This document shows positions 10,224 through 20,947 of a stretch of 64,000 nucleotides of DNA, piece after piece. The stretch's first letter is position 1, and the number at the start of each line of letters is the position of its first letter. The notes beneath the pieces were generated by a model. The model saw only the letters and a program-made list of their open reading frames with translations, ran no database searches and was not told the origin of the DNA. Position numbers and translations under genes: made by a program. This stretch comes from Patescibacteria group bacterium. Lineage in GTDB: Bacteria > Patescibacteriota > Patescibacteriia > UBA10025 > JAHIVO01. The stretch lies in assembly GCA_041660605.1 (NCBI GenBank), contig JBAZWB010000001.1, positions 686,503 to 750,502 on the forward strand, given 5' to 3'.

Positions 10224-11953
10224 TCTTTTAACCGCGAAAATATATTATTAATGGTAAACGGTTCTCTTTCCAGGCGTATGTTTACTTCGCTTATTTTAAG
10301 AATCCGCTTCTTTTCCGGCAGGTCAGGCAGGCTAATAATAAAATTTATTAGCTTATCTTTGCCTTCATTTATATAAAGATACGGTGCGCTGACTTCCGCC
10401 GACGCCTCCAGCCAGTCTCCATTTACTACAGGTTTTTTATAATGCGCAATGATATAATCATAGTCATTAATGTTTTTTGTTTCGGCTACGTCTTTTATCT
10501 CCCCAACTCCGGAATCAAAATACTGCTCCTGGCTGAATGTGAAATTTCCATCACCTTCCAGGTAAATATCATTTTTTGGAGAAATAATCTTTGATAACGA
10601 CGGTTTATCAGTAATATTCACCTGATAGATAAACGATTTTATATCGACCGGTAATACTTGCTGATTAATCTGCAATAATTGCACGCCTGAGTCATTACTG
10701 GCCCTGGCCTTTATAAAATTGCTGTCTGTAAATAGAATAGTCTGGCTATATTGCTTATTGCCAAGGTATTTCGAGTATTCAGCATTTTCAGCTAGGTGAA
10801 TATGGTTTTTAAACACTATCAAATGCTGCGCTGTAGTAATTTTTTTTATCAAAATATCGTCCTGCACATCAGTTATCGCCAACCTATAAACACCCGCAGG
10901 CAAATTATTATCTGCTAAAATAACATTTATTTCAGGCGATATATCACCCGTGGCTGCTGGCTTTTCGGCATCTGGTGATTTCACTTCTTCAATTTTCCGG
11001 CCAATCGCATCATAAAGCGTAACCGTAAAATCATCAGTGCCTTCAGTTTGATTTATATCCTGAATAGTGAAGTTAAAATTCAACGGTTCTTTTTCGCCTA
11101 TATAAGTAACAATTTCATGACTCCCAATCAGGCTTTTGTCAAAAACCAAGGGCTGAGCTGAAGATTTATAACCTGCTAATGGCTTATTGGATAACATTGG
11201 ATAATTAAACTGCAACATCTTATCTGAATCAGGCGGGTCAGCCTGGAAGCCCCCAATTGTGCTATATTTTACCGCCGTTTTATTTTTTTCCAGCTCTTTG
11301 TAAATACCTGATAATTTGGCTTTATAATCTTGAGATGATACCGCACTCGATATTAAATTACTTTTTTGTTTTTCATCAAGCGCGCTGAAACCGGCGCCGT
11401 ACTTATCGATCAGCTGGATATTCAGCTCTTCGTCCAGCTTATTTTTCAATTTCAGATATTGATCATAGATCGCGATATCCTTCTGCCAAAGGACGGAACT
11501 GTCTTCCGATATTTGCGTCCAATACGCAGGCAATCCATCAAGCGTCGGGCTGGTCATCACCATATCCGCGTAATAATAAACGCCATTGCCTTGCTTAACC
11601 CCCAGCTTCATTTCTGGCTGGTTATTTGGATCCTGGTATTTGATAGTTACTTTTGCTTTGGTGAAGGCTCTGGGTACCGCCAGGTCGAAATACAACGGAG
11701 AAGTAGTTATCAACTCAAAATCATTTTCTGTGAGTGCGGGATTGCTTTTTCCGAATAATTTATTCGGTTCCTTGGAAGCAAAATTTCTTACTAGCGTAGG
11801 TTTATCTGTGACTTTATAATTGATGCTGAGTGCGCCAAAAGGAGCGAAGTTTTTTATTAACACAAAAAAAAGGCAAAAAATAATTCCAGCCCAAGCCAAT
11901 GCTTTTAATACATTGAAAATCACTTTAATTTTGCTGTTTGCGAATTCCGACAT
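10211..11953 (-). CDS. Hypothetical membrane-anchored extracytoplasmic protein
   Basis: 580-aa ORF with a single N-terminal TM and a beta-rich soluble remainder. Confidence 0.8.
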   Translation of the reverse strand: MSEFANSKIKVIFNVLKALAWAGIIFCLFFVLIKNFAPFGALSINYKVTDKPTLVRNFASKEPNKLFGKSNPALTENDFELITTSPLYFDLAVPRAFTKAKVTIKYQDPNNQPEMKLGVKQGNGVYYYADMVMTSPTLDGLPAYWTQISEDSSVLWQKDIAIYDQYLKLKNKLDEELNIQLIDKYGAGFSALDEKQKSNLISSAVSSQDYKAKLSGIYKELEKNKTAVKYSTIGGFQADPPDSDKMLQFNYPMLSNKPLAGYKSSAQPLVFDKSLIGSHEIVTYIGEKEPLNFNFTIQDINQTEGTDDFTVTLYDAIGRKIEEVKSPDAEKPAATGDISPEINVILADNNLPAGVYRLAITDVQDDILIKKITTAQHLIVFKNHIHLAENAEYSKYLGNKQYSQTILFTDSNFIKARASNDSGVQLLQINQQVLPVDIKSFIYQVNITDKPSLSKIISPKNDIYLEGDGNFTFSQEQYFDSGVGEIKDVAETKNINDYDYIIAHYKKPVVNGDWLEASAEVSAPYLYINEGKDKLINFIISLPDLPEKKRILKISEVNIRLEREPFTINNIFSRLKEWIK

Positions 11954-12039
11954 CTATCAATAATTAATTTTGCTAAACTTTTTTGTAAAGATATTTTAAC
12001 TAATTTCCGCATATTATACAAGACTCTGATTTTTAGTAA

Positions 12040-13707
12040 TTATAATATTTGATATAATATTTCGCCGTCTTGAAAATTATATTTTTCAATCACCTCATAA
12101 TTATTACTCTTCAAGGTCTTAAGTTCATCTACGCTTTTTTGATCCAGCACATTATAAAATAAATACACTGCAGTTAATTTTGACAAGTCATCGACTATTT
12201 TTTTCTGCTGATTCATGTCTGTAGGCAGATGAACAATGACTGGCCTCTCCGGAAATATTATTTTATCGGCAAAACCAGAAATGATTACCGAATTCGCCGG
12301 AGTCTGTTGTAATATTATTTTTCTATGCGATTCTGCCTCAACCATGCTTTTTTTGATGGCAAATAACCCCTGCAGAGAATCCATTAAAACCAAATTTATG
12401 GAAAATATCACCATTGAGCAGATTATTAATGCGGTAAATGTCTTAACAATAATTTTTTTTCTTATCATTTGCATCAGCCGTTCAATAATCATAATAATCA
12501 ACGGCAAGGCGAATATTAAGATGGGCAGCCAATATCGCAGGTATGAGGAGCCTAAAATTATTTTATTGGCATCAATATATTCGTTGAAGGAAAAAGATCC
12601 ATAATAAAAGAGCAGCCAAACTGATAACCAAACCCAAACATAGAAATAATTTTTAACGGTTGACGGCAGTTTTTTCGTATATTCACTGAGCTCAGGAAAA
12701 TATTTGATGAATTTTGGCAATAATAAATTTTTAATAACCCAAAATACACTTATAAACAGCAAAACAACCAGCCAGGGTAACAATTGAATAAAATAATTGT
12801 TGAAAGTAGTCAGGGATGAACTAAAATTTAATCCAAACGGAAAAACCAGTTTAATAAACGAATAAACCACGGAACTGGAGCCGCCGGCTGAAGAGTTTTC
12901 ATTTAACAGCGTCTCCGCATAACCGAAATTGGAAATACTGCCATACAACTGATGATTGAAATATAAAATCGGCGAAAAGACAATAACGGCGCTGACAAAA
13001 AATAATAGAACTTGCCCCCAATTTATTTTCCTGCGGTTAATAATCAATAAACTGATGATTATTACGCCTACCCAAAAAATTTCTGATGTTCGTGTTATCA
13101 GAGCTAATCCTAAAAAAATTCCCGCTAAAATTGCATTTAAATAATTAACAATTTTTTTATTTTGATTTGAGATGAAATTCAGGAAAAAATAGAAACCTAT
13201 TATCAACAAATCAATAAACAAAACATTGTGAAACATGCCACGGCTGTTGTAATACCAAAAGGGTGGCAGAATAAATAAAAATAATGAAGAAATAAAAGAT
13301 ATTTTATTTGAAAATATTTTTTTCAGCAATAAATAAAAAAATAAGACGCCTAATACAGAAAAAAACGGCGTTAAATAAATTATTATATTAGAACCGAAAA
13401 CTTTCGCGATTGAACCGAAGATTAAAATCAAGCCCAAAAAACTGGCGGGAACAATATTGCCATTTATGGCCATGGCATTTCTCGGCGTTATCGTATTATC
13501 CGCAGCAGTATTTAATGGCTCATAATGTTGCAGCGAACCAGTTTCACTGAATAATTTTGTATAGTAATAATTGACTGCTTCATCCGGAGAGGAAAATAAC
13601 GGATTGACGCTCAGATAAAGCCAGGAATATATGAAAACGAATAAAAACCCCAGGCACAGCAAAATTAAAGGTAATCGATATTTTTTGATCCAACCGAGAA
13701 AATTCAT
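12040..13707 (-). CDS. GT-C fold membrane glycosyltransferase (ArnT/PMT-like)
   Basis: SPDE acidic motif after TM1, about 12 TMs, short soluble C-terminal domain. Confidence 0.8.
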   Translation of the reverse strand: MNFLGWIKKYRLPLILLCLGFLFVFIYSWLYLSVNPLFSSPDEAVNYYYTKLFSETGSLQHYEPLNTAADNTITPRNAMAINGNIVPASFLGLILIFGSIAKVFGSNIIIYLTPFFSVLGVLFFYLLLKKIFSNKISFISSLFLFILPPFWYYNSRGMFHNVLFIDLLIIGFYFFLNFISNQNKKIVNYLNAILAGIFLGLALITRTSEIFWVGVIIISLLIINRRKINWGQVLLFFVSAVIVFSPILYFNHQLYGSISNFGYAETLLNENSSAGGSSSVVYSFIKLVFPFGLNFSSSLTTFNNYFIQLLPWLVVLLFISVFWVIKNLLLPKFIKYFPELSEYTKKLPSTVKNYFYVWVWLSVWLLFYYGSFSFNEYIDANKIILGSSYLRYWLPILIFALPLIIMIIERLMQMIRKKIIVKTFTALIICSMVIFSINLVLMDSLQGLFAIKKSMVEAESHRKIILQQTPANSVIISGFADKIIFPERPVIVHLPTDMNQQKKIVDDLSKLTAVYLFYNVLDQKSVDELKTLKSNNYEVIEKYNFQDGEILYQIL

Positions 13708-13822
13708 AAATTTGCCTCAATTATAGCATTTCGCAGCCTCTTTTCAAAACAGCCCATTTTTGTTATGATAAAAACTGATAATTTAGAAAATTGCCAGATA
13801 AATTTCGGTAATTTAGTATTTT

Positions 13823-15070
13823 ATGAATATTTGCATTTACGAGGACTCTGACCACGAAAAATTATATCCACTTGCCCTCACTAGACCGGTTTTTGATTTA
13901 AAATTCGGTTTTTTTACTTTATTGCAAAGATTGCTGAAATCAATTAAAACCACCGAAAAATTGCGAACTTCACTACTTTGCCGTGATTATCTGAAAAACA
14001 GAGTCAAAAAAGAAAATCCATCGGCTGCGATAAATAAAATTAATAAGGATCTGACTATTTTTTTAAACGGCCGGATGATATTAAGGGAGTCATTATTACG
14101 AAAATTAATTTCCTTAAAAAAGGATGCGATATTCGTAGATAATCAGATGATAATAGCGGCAAGACTGTCAGATGAAAATTTAAAACAAATTGACGTCAAG
14201 AATCCCGGAGAATCATTGAAAAAAATCAGAGCTCCAAGAATTAAAGTTAAGGCTCAGTTGATTGCCCATCTTTGGGAATTAATAACATTCAATGAGAAAT
14301 TTCTGGCCGATGATCTAAAGAACACCGGACTGCTGGGAAAAATCGAAGGCAATGTTTATCCTGGCGTTGACTATATTGAAAAAAAGAATATTTACATTGC
14401 AAAAAAATCCGTCATCAAATCCGGAACCGTGCTGGACGCTGAAAACGGGCCAATTTATATAGATGAATCAGCAATTATTGAACCGAATTGCACTATTGTC
14501 GGCCCGGCCTATATAGGAAAGAGTACAAAAATAAACGCCGGTGCCAAAATTCTTGCCAACACTTCGATCGGAGACTATTGCAGAATCGGCGGCGAAGTTG
14601 CTGAATCAATTTTTTATGGATATTCTAATAAACAGCACGACGGTTTTATCGGTCATTCGTACGTCGGTGAATGGTGCAATCTGGGCGCCAACACTAACAA
14701 CAGCGATTTAAAGAATAATTACTCCCCTATTGATATTGTTGAAAACGGAAAAAAGGTTAATACCGGCTTAATTCATTTTGGCTTTGTCATGGGCGATCAT
14801 TCAAAAACCGGCATCAGTACTATGATTAACAGCGGAACGGTAATAGGCGCTGGATGCAATCTTTATGGCGCTGGCTACCTCCCAAAATATCTCCCATCAT
14901 TCACTTGGCTGGATAATGGAAAAACTCCGGTTACTTACAATTTTTTAAAATTTTCCAAAACTGCCCACCTTGTTTGTCAAAGGCGTAAAAGTAAATTTTA
15001 TAAAACTGACGAAGCGATATTTTCAAACATTTTCAAACTAACCAAGATGGAAAGGGCTGATTATAAGTAG
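13823..15070 (+). CDS. GlmU-like sugar nucleotidyltransferase / hexapeptide acetyltransferase (alternative bacterial type)
   Basis: LYPLALTRPVFDL N-terminus, hexapeptide repeats, SNKQHDGFIGHSYVGEWCNLGANTNNSDLKNNY. Confidence 0.85.
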   Translation: MNICIYEDSDHEKLYPLALTRPVFDLKFGFFTLLQRLLKSIKTTEKLRTSLLCRDYLKNRVKKENPSAAINKINKDLTIFLNGRMILRESLLRKLISLKKDAIFVDNQMIIAARLSDENLKQIDVKNPGESLKKIRAPRIKVKAQLIAHLWELITFNEKFLADDLKNTGLLGKIEGNVYPGVDYIEKKNIYIAKKSVIKSGTVLDAENGPIYIDESAIIEPNCTIVGPAYIGKSTKINAGAKILANTSIGDYCRIGGEVAESIFYGYSNKQHDGFIGHSYVGEWCNLGANTNNSDLKNNYSPIDIVENGKKVNTGLIHFGFVMGDHSKTGISTMINSGTVIGAGCNLYGAGYLPKYLPSFTWLDNGKTPVTYNFLKFSKTAHLVCQRRKSKFYKTDEAIFSNIFKLTKMERADYK

Positions 15071-15082
15071 TTGATAATTTAC

Positions 15083-15174
15083 CACGAATTTAGAATCACG
15101 AATCAACACGAATTCTCACAAACAAACGTTAGTAAAAATTCAAATTAGTGTAGATTAGTGGAAATAGATTAGTG
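15083..15174. repeat. Cluster of short repeats: 3x CACGAAT, then 3x ATTAGTG (imperfect inverted partners)
   Basis: CACGAAT at 15083, 15097 and 15107; ATTAGTG at 15144, 15154 and 15168. Confidence 0.7.
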
Positions 15175-15194
15175 GTAATTAACACACAAATAAC

Positions 15195-16157
15195 ATGAAA
15201 AATGTATTAGTAACAGGTGGCGCCGGTTTTATAGGTTCGCATGTTGCAAAAAAACTGCTTGAACGCGGTGATCAGGTTATTATAGTTGATAATTTTAATG
15301 ATTATTATGATCCCAGCCTGAAAGAAGACCGTATAAAAATCTTGCTAAAAGACTTAAGTTTCAAGCTATACCGGACCGACATCGTAAATCTGGATGACCT
15401 GAAAAAAATATTTCAGAAAAACAAAATCGATGAAATCTGCCACCTAGCCGCCAGAGCCGGCGTACGTGCCTCTATTGCCAATCCCTTTATCTATCAGCAA
15501 TCCAATGACTTAGGAACTCTCAATCTTTTAGAGCTGGCGAAGGATTTTAAGATAAAGGATTTTGTCTTTGCTTCCAGCTCTTCGGTCTATGGAGGCAATG
15601 CCAAAATCCCATTCTCTGAATCAGATCCGGTTGACCATCCAATCTCCCCCTATGCGGCTACTAAAAAAGCTACGGAGGTTATGGCGCATGTCTATCACCA
15701 CTTATACGGCATTAACTGCACTGCCTTGCGATTTTTCACTGTTTGCGGTCCTTGGGGCAGGCCGGATATGGCTTTGTTCAAATTTACAGAAAAAATATTA
15801 GGCGGTAAACCAATTGATGTTTATAACAATGGAGACCATGAGCGGGACTTCACCTATATTGATGATATTGTTCAGGGTGTTGTGGCCGCGTTAGATAACC
15901 CTTTTCCATATGAAATAATTAATCTTGGTAATTCGCATACTGTAAATCTCAAGTATTTCATTGAATTAATTGAAAAGGAATTAAACAAAAAAGCAAAAAA
16001 GAACATGGTACCTTTGCAAGCTGGTGATGTGCACAAAACACACGCCGATATCAGTAAAGCCAAGAGATTGCTGGGATTTGAGCCCAAAACTAACATCGAA
16101 AAAACCGTTCATAATTTTATTAATTGGTATAAACAATATTATGGAATCAAAAATTAA
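15195..16157 (+). CDS. NAD-dependent epimerase, UDP-glucuronate 4-epimerase (CapI-like)
   Basis: GGAGFIG, HLAARAGVRAS, ASSSSVYG, PYAATKK, GRPDMA, RDFTYIDDI. Confidence 0.9.
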   Translation: MKNVLVTGGAGFIGSHVAKKLLERGDQVIIVDNFNDYYDPSLKEDRIKILLKDLSFKLYRTDIVNLDDLKKIFQKNKIDEICHLAARAGVRASIANPFIYQQSNDLGTLNLLELAKDFKIKDFVFASSSSVYGGNAKIPFSESDPVDHPISPYAATKKATEVMAHVYHHLYGINCTALRFFTVCGPWGRPDMALFKFTEKILGGKPIDVYNNGDHERDFTYIDDIVQGVVAALDNPFPYEIINLGNSHTVNLKYFIELIEKELNKKAKKNMVPLQAGDVHKTHADISKAKRLLGFEPKTNIEKTVHNFINWYKQYYGIKN

Positions 16158-17079
16158 GTACTCAATAGTTATCCCGGCATATAACGAGCAGGACGCTGTC
16201 GGTCCCCTACATCAAGAGATTAAAAACGCTATGGAAAAAATCGGTGATCCCTATGAAATCATTTTTATTGATGATGGTTCGTCTGACAAAACTTTTGAAC
16301 GGCTTAATTCTTTGATGCCCGTTAAAATCGTCAAGTTCAGAAAAAATTTCGGCCAGACGGCGGCGCTTGATGCCGGCATAAAAAATTCCCTGGGCGAAGT
16401 AATAATAATGCTGGACGCTGACGGCCAGAATCCTCCCTCGGAAATACCCAAGCTATTGGAAAAAATGAAAGAAGGATATGACGTTGTCTCCGGCTGGCGT
16501 TCAAAAAGAAAGGATACTTCAGCAAAAAAATTTGTTTCACGCGGTGCCAACCTTCTCAGGAAATTACTGGTTAATGACCAAATCCATGATTCCGGCTGTA
16601 CGCTGAAAGCCTATAAAAAAGAATGTTTCGAAGATATAGATCTGCAGGGGGAAATGCACAGATTCATCCCTGCCATTTTGCGCTGGCATGGTTTTAAAGT
16701 TACTGAAGTGCCTGTGGAACACCGCGCCAGGACTACAGGTACCACAAAATATAACTGGAAAAGAATATTGAAAGGCTTCATCGATATGATGTCCGTCTGG
16801 TTCTGGAGAAAATATTCAAATCGACCACTGCATCTTTTTGGCGGTCTGGGAATATTTATTGGTGGCACAGGGTTTGCTCTTGGATTATTCTTAGCGATTG
16901 GCCGTTTATTAGGATTATTTTCTCTGCAAAACAGGATTTGGCCTTTGGTAGCCGTATTTTTGATATTAGCCGGTATGCAGCTCTTTGTTTCAGGATTACT
17001 GGCTGACATTGCCGTAAAATCATATTACAGCGGGAAAAGAAGAGTTTACTACATTGAAAAAGTCATTTCCAGAGAATGA
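16141..17079 (+). CDS. GT2 polyprenyl-phosphate glycosyltransferase (ArnC/GtrB-like)
   Basis: SIVIPAYNE, IDDGSSD, NFGQTAA, DADGQN, two C-terminal TMs. Start placed at ATG 16141 (MESKIK) rather than 16024. Confidence 0.9.
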   Translation: MESKIKYSIVIPAYNEQDAVGPLHQEIKNAMEKIGDPYEIIFIDDGSSDKTFERLNSLMPVKIVKFRKNFGQTAALDAGIKNSLGEVIIMLDADGQNPPSEIPKLLEKMKEGYDVVSGWRSKRKDTSAKKFVSRGANLLRKLLVNDQIHDSGCTLKAYKKECFEDIDLQGEMHRFIPAILRWHGFKVTEVPVEHRARTTGTTKYNWKRILKGFIDMMSVWFWRKYSNRPLHLFGGLGIFIGGTGFALGLFLAIGRLLGLFSLQNRIWPLVAVFLILAGMQLFVSGLLADIAVKSYYSGKRRVYYIEKVISRE

Positions 17080-18203
17080 AAATTTTGCTGCTAAATTATG
17101 AATTTCCACCACTAGGCGGCGGTGCCAGTCCGGTTAGCTATGATATTGCTCTCCGGCTATCCACGATCGGTAAATTCGATATTGACGTGGTTACTATGCA
17201 CTACCGCGGTCTGCCAAGAAAGGAAATTATTAACGAACATTTCACAATTTACCGGGTACCTTCGTGGCGCGCAAAAAAAGAAATTTGCCACCCCTGGGAG
17301 CAATTAACCTATCTGATCAGTGGTTTTTTCAAATGTCTTTCTCTCATCCACAAAAACAAATATAACCTTTGCTATTGCCATTTCATTATTCCCACCGGCG
17401 TTTTGGCGTATTTGTTAAAAATCTTATTTAAGCTCCCCTATATCATTACCAGCCATGGCAGCGATGTTATTAAATACAATCCCAGATTTAAAAGGATCTA
17501 TCCTCTGATTACCGGAGTTTGGAAAACGATTTTGAAAAATTCATTAATTATAACTACCCCATCAATTTTTTTGGCTAGGCAGATAAAAAATGTTTATCCA
17601 AAACTTGATTCAAACAAAATAAAAATTATTCCAAACGGTATAGAAAAAAATAAATTTTCTCCATTAAAAAAGGAAAAAACTATTTTACTAGTCACCAGAA
17701 TATTATTAAATAAAGGCGTCCAAGTTGTATTGGAAGCGGTAAAAGGAACTAACATAAATGATTGGAACATAATTATTGTAGGCGAAGGACCAGCACGAAA
17801 ACAGCTTGAAATATTAACTAGACATTATAAACTAGATAAAAAAGTTACCTTTTTAGGTTGGGTAAAAAATCCCAGTGAAAAACTACGAAATTTATATGGA
17901 AGCGCATCAATATTTGTCTTGCCTAGCTTTTTTGAAAATATGAATGTCACACTTTTAGAAGCAATGGCTTCTGGTTGTGCAATTCTAGCTACAAATGTAG
18001 GTGGTAATCCAGAAGTAATAGGGAGTGCTGGTATTCTTTTTTCACCAAGAAATCCTGCTGAACTAAGAAAAAAATTGCTAGATTTAATTAATAATGAAAA
18101 AAACCTTTCACTTTTCAAGCAGGCTTCTCGCATAAGATTTGAAAAATATTTTTCTTGGGAAATCATAATTCAAGAATACTTAAATGTTTTTTGTGAAAAA
18201 TAA
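17076..18203 (+). CDS. GT4 glycosyltransferase
   Basis: EFPPLGGG, SHGSDV, IPNGI, ENMNVTLLEAMASG. Confidence 0.9.
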   Translation: MKILLLNYEFPPLGGGASPVSYDIALRLSTIGKFDIDVVTMHYRGLPRKEIINEHFTIYRVPSWRAKKEICHPWEQLTYLISGFFKCLSLIHKNKYNLCYCHFIIPTGVLAYLLKILFKLPYIITSHGSDVIKYNPRFKRIYPLITGVWKTILKNSLIITTPSIFLARQIKNVYPKLDSNKIKIIPNGIEKNKFSPLKKEKTILLVTRILLNKGVQVVLEAVKGTNINDWNIIIVGEGPARKQLEILTRHYKLDKKVTFLGWVKNPSEKLRNLYGSASIFVLPSFFENMNVTLLEAMASGCAILATNVGGNPEVIGSAGILFSPRNPAELRKKLLDLINNEKNLSLFKQASRIRFEKYFSWEIIIQEYLNVFCEK

Positions 18204-19089
18204 TATTACGGACATTTCTATTGAATCTCAAATGAAAAACAAAATCTCTGACTATTTTTCATCAAAAGTTCTTCAATTAAAATTATTAAGGGAAACAGAT
18301 GTCTCGTATCTTTATCTGGCTGAACTAAGTAATATTAAAATTTTAGCAAAACAATATAAAAATATATCTATCAAGCACGAATATGAAAACCAATTATATA
18401 TATATACTATTATAAATGACCATTATCAGAATAAATTATTCAGGGTACCACGACCATTCTTTTTTTCTGAATCCGAAAATTTTTTCACTATGGAATATAT
18501 TCCCGATGCTAAAAACTTTTTAGATTTGCTGTTTATTCTTCCTCTTAATCAGGTACAACAACTGTCTCAAAAGGTAGGGCTTGCCTTATATGAATATCAT
18601 GTGTTACTCACGAAGTACCTAAGCCAGAAAAAAAAATCTATTTATACGGGTGATTCAATGCAGGAACTTTTCAAAACAAAAAAGGGATCTACTATTAAAA
18701 AAATTATAGACAAATTCCCGGAAAATACGACGTCAGTAATTTACAGGGATTTTACGCCAACTAATATAATGTTCCGCAACGATGAAATATATTTTATTGA
18801 TTTTCAAACGATTTGCTATACTGGCCCCTTTTTTTATGACTTAGCGCGTTTTCAAGATGTTACTAGAATATTTAGTTTTTTGAAGCATCCGTTCTCTTAT
18901 CTTTATCATAGAAAAACAATATTAATGATTCTAGACCAAATAGTACAGGGGTATAATGAAAAAAAATATGTTGATAGAAATTTATTAAAAATGGCATCCT
19001 TTATCCATCACAAAGAACATGCAATCATGAAGAATAAAAATAAATTTAATAAGTACATATTAAAGTTTTTATATTTAATTAATATTTAA
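18184..19089 (+). CDS. Aminoglycoside phosphotransferase/kinase-like protein
   Basis: FRVPRP...MEYI, YRDFTPTNI catalytic loop, IYFIDF, YDLARF. Confidence 0.75.
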   Translation: MFFVKNNITDISIESQMKNKISDYFSSKVLQLKLLRETDVSYLYLAELSNIKILAKQYKNISIKHEYENQLYIYTIINDHYQNKLFRVPRPFFFSESENFFTMEYIPDAKNFLDLLFILPLNQVQQLSQKVGLALYEYHVLLTKYLSQKKKSIYTGDSMQELFKTKKGSTIKKIIDKFPENTTSVIYRDFTPTNIMFRNDEIYFIDFQTICYTGPFFYDLARFQDVTRIFSFLKHPFSYLYHRKTILMILDQIVQGYNEKKYVDRNLLKMASFIHHKEHAIMKNKNKFNKYILKFLYLINI

Positions 19090-19091
19090 AT

Positions 19092-19847
19092 ATGGTAAAT
19101 AAAAGCTATCGTGACGGATTTATGACTGGCGCAACTAGCTACGAATCTATTACTGCGCGCAAACACATTTCACTAATATATAAACTGGAGCAGGATATTT
19201 TAAGCGATTTTTTCAAAAAGATTAATTCACATTCAAAAACTGTGCTTGATTTTGCGTGCGGCACTGGTCGGTGGACAATGTTTTTAGAAAAATATTTTCA
19301 TAAGGTTACCGGACTTGATATTTCCCCTAAGATGATTGAATTGGCTCAACAAAAATGTAAACAAACCAATTTTTATGTAGATGACATTACTGGCGATAAA
19401 AATGCTAATCTACACTTTAATGATGCTTTTGATGTTTTAACGGCTTTTAGATTTTATAAAAATGCGGAAAATGAACTACAAATAAACGCCACTAGAAGCT
19501 TACAAAAATTAGTCAAAAAAGGAGGATATTTTATATTTGATTTGCATTTAAATACATTTTCAATTATGGGTTTAATTGCATGTTTCATTAGAATAACCCA
19601 ATTATATAAATTGCTAAAAATAAATCCGCTAGCCGTTCGTACTATCTCACTTAGAAGAATTAGAAAAATATTTAAACATAGTGATTTCGAAATAATCGAT
19701 TATTTTGGGATGGGAATAGTACCCGGAAGACGAAATTTTACTTTATTACCGACTTCAACGTTAATGCCGTTTGAACGGTGGTTAAGCCAGCATAAAATAT
19801 TAAGAAATTTTTGCTATAATTTACTGGTGTTCGCTCAAAAAAAATAA
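19092..19847 (+). CDS. Class I SAM-dependent methyltransferase
   Basis: VLDFACGTG, GLDISPKM. Confidence 0.9.
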   Translation: MVNKSYRDGFMTGATSYESITARKHISLIYKLEQDILSDFFKKINSHSKTVLDFACGTGRWTMFLEKYFHKVTGLDISPKMIELAQQKCKQTNFYVDDITGDKNANLHFNDAFDVLTAFRFYKNAENELQINATRSLQKLVKKGGYFIFDLHLNTFSIMGLIACFIRITQLYKLLKINPLAVRTISLRRIRKIFKHSDFEIIDYFGMGIVPGRRNFTLLPTSTLMPFERWLSQHKILRNFCYNLLVFAQKK

Positions 19848-19852
19848 TTTTT

Positions 19853-20947
19853 ATGAATATTTTACATTTAATTGATCATGTCGGATATGGCGGTACTCAA
19901 ACAATTCTCAAAGAAATATTTGAAAATCAAATTAATGATAAAAGCATCTTCTATTATGCATTACGCAATAATGCAACTGCACATGTTGACATACATCATA
20001 ATAATGTTTTATTTTGTTCAAGTTATTCGAAATTCTCCCTTAAGCCATTGTTCGAAATATGCGGACTCGTAAAGAAATATAATATTCAGATACTTCATTG
20101 CCATCTTTTTAGATCACAGGTATTTGGCTGGTTAATCAAAAAATTCTTTAATCACCGACTATGCCTTGTTTTTCATGAACATGGCGAAATATTTAGAAAA
20201 AAATGGTGGTTTATTTTTTTTCTCAAAATAGCTAAACTCGATATTAATGGCTGGATAGCTGTTTCAGCCGCGACAAAAACAAAACTGATTGAAACTTCAA
20301 ATATACCTGCAAAAAAAATTTTTGTTCTTTATAACTTTGCTAATAGCAATAAATTTAATGAAAAAAATCTGCGTAATCTCAACAGATTTCAAATCAGATC
20401 AAATTATCAAATTCCTCAAACCGATTTTGTCATTGGATTTCTGGGACGCTTAGATGAAATAAAATCGCTACCAACATTAATAAAAGCTCTGCCATTATTA
20501 AAATTCCCATTTGTAACGATAGTGGTAGGACAAGGACCAGAACATCAACCATTAGTTACCTTAGCAGAAAAACTAAACATAAAAGATAAAATCCGATTTA
20601 TAAATTTCCAAAAAGATGTTCTGTTAATATATTCTATAATAGACATCCTTGTACTGCCTTCACGTTCCGAAGCAAGCCCAATGATATTTTATGAAAGTCA
20701 AATGCTAGGCGTCCCCATAATCGCAAGTGATGTACCAGCATTAAATGAACTTATACGTGACGGTGAAAATGGTTCACTTTTTCAGTATCAAAATAGTAAA
20801 ATGTTAGCTCAAAAAATCACTAAATTTTATTTAAATAAATCATTTTTGGTGCATATTAAAAAAAATTCTTTGATAAACGGAAAAAAATTTACTATTTCAA
20901 ATTTTATTAAGAATCTGAACGCAATTTATGAGCAAATCCAATCGTGA
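19853..20947 (+). CDS. GT4 glycosyltransferase
   Basis: GYGGTQ, FHEHG, LGRLDEIK, LPSRSEASPMIFYE. Confidence 0.88.
   Translation: MNILHLIDHVGYGGTQTILKEIFENQINDKSIFYYALRNNATAHVDIHHNNVLFCSSYSKFSLKPLFEICGLVKKYNIQILHCHLFRSQVFGWLIKKFFNHRLCLVFHEHGEIFRKKWWFIFFLKIAKLDINGWIAVSAATKTKLIETSNIPAKKIFVLYNFANSNKFNEKNLRNLNRFQIRSNYQIPQTDFVIGFLGRLDEIKSLPTLIKALPLLKFPFVTIVVGQGPEHQPLVTLAEKLNIKDKIRFINFQKDVLLIYSIIDILVLPSRSEASPMIFYESQMLGVPIIASDVPALNELIRDGENGSLFQYQNSKMLAQKITKFYLNKSFLVHIKKNSLINGKKFTISNFIKNLNAIYEQIQS

Noticed and set aside
16024-16140. Extended N-terminus of the GT2 in the ORF track
   Set aside because: Overlaps the upstream epimerase by more than 100 nt; family motifs start right after ATG 16141.
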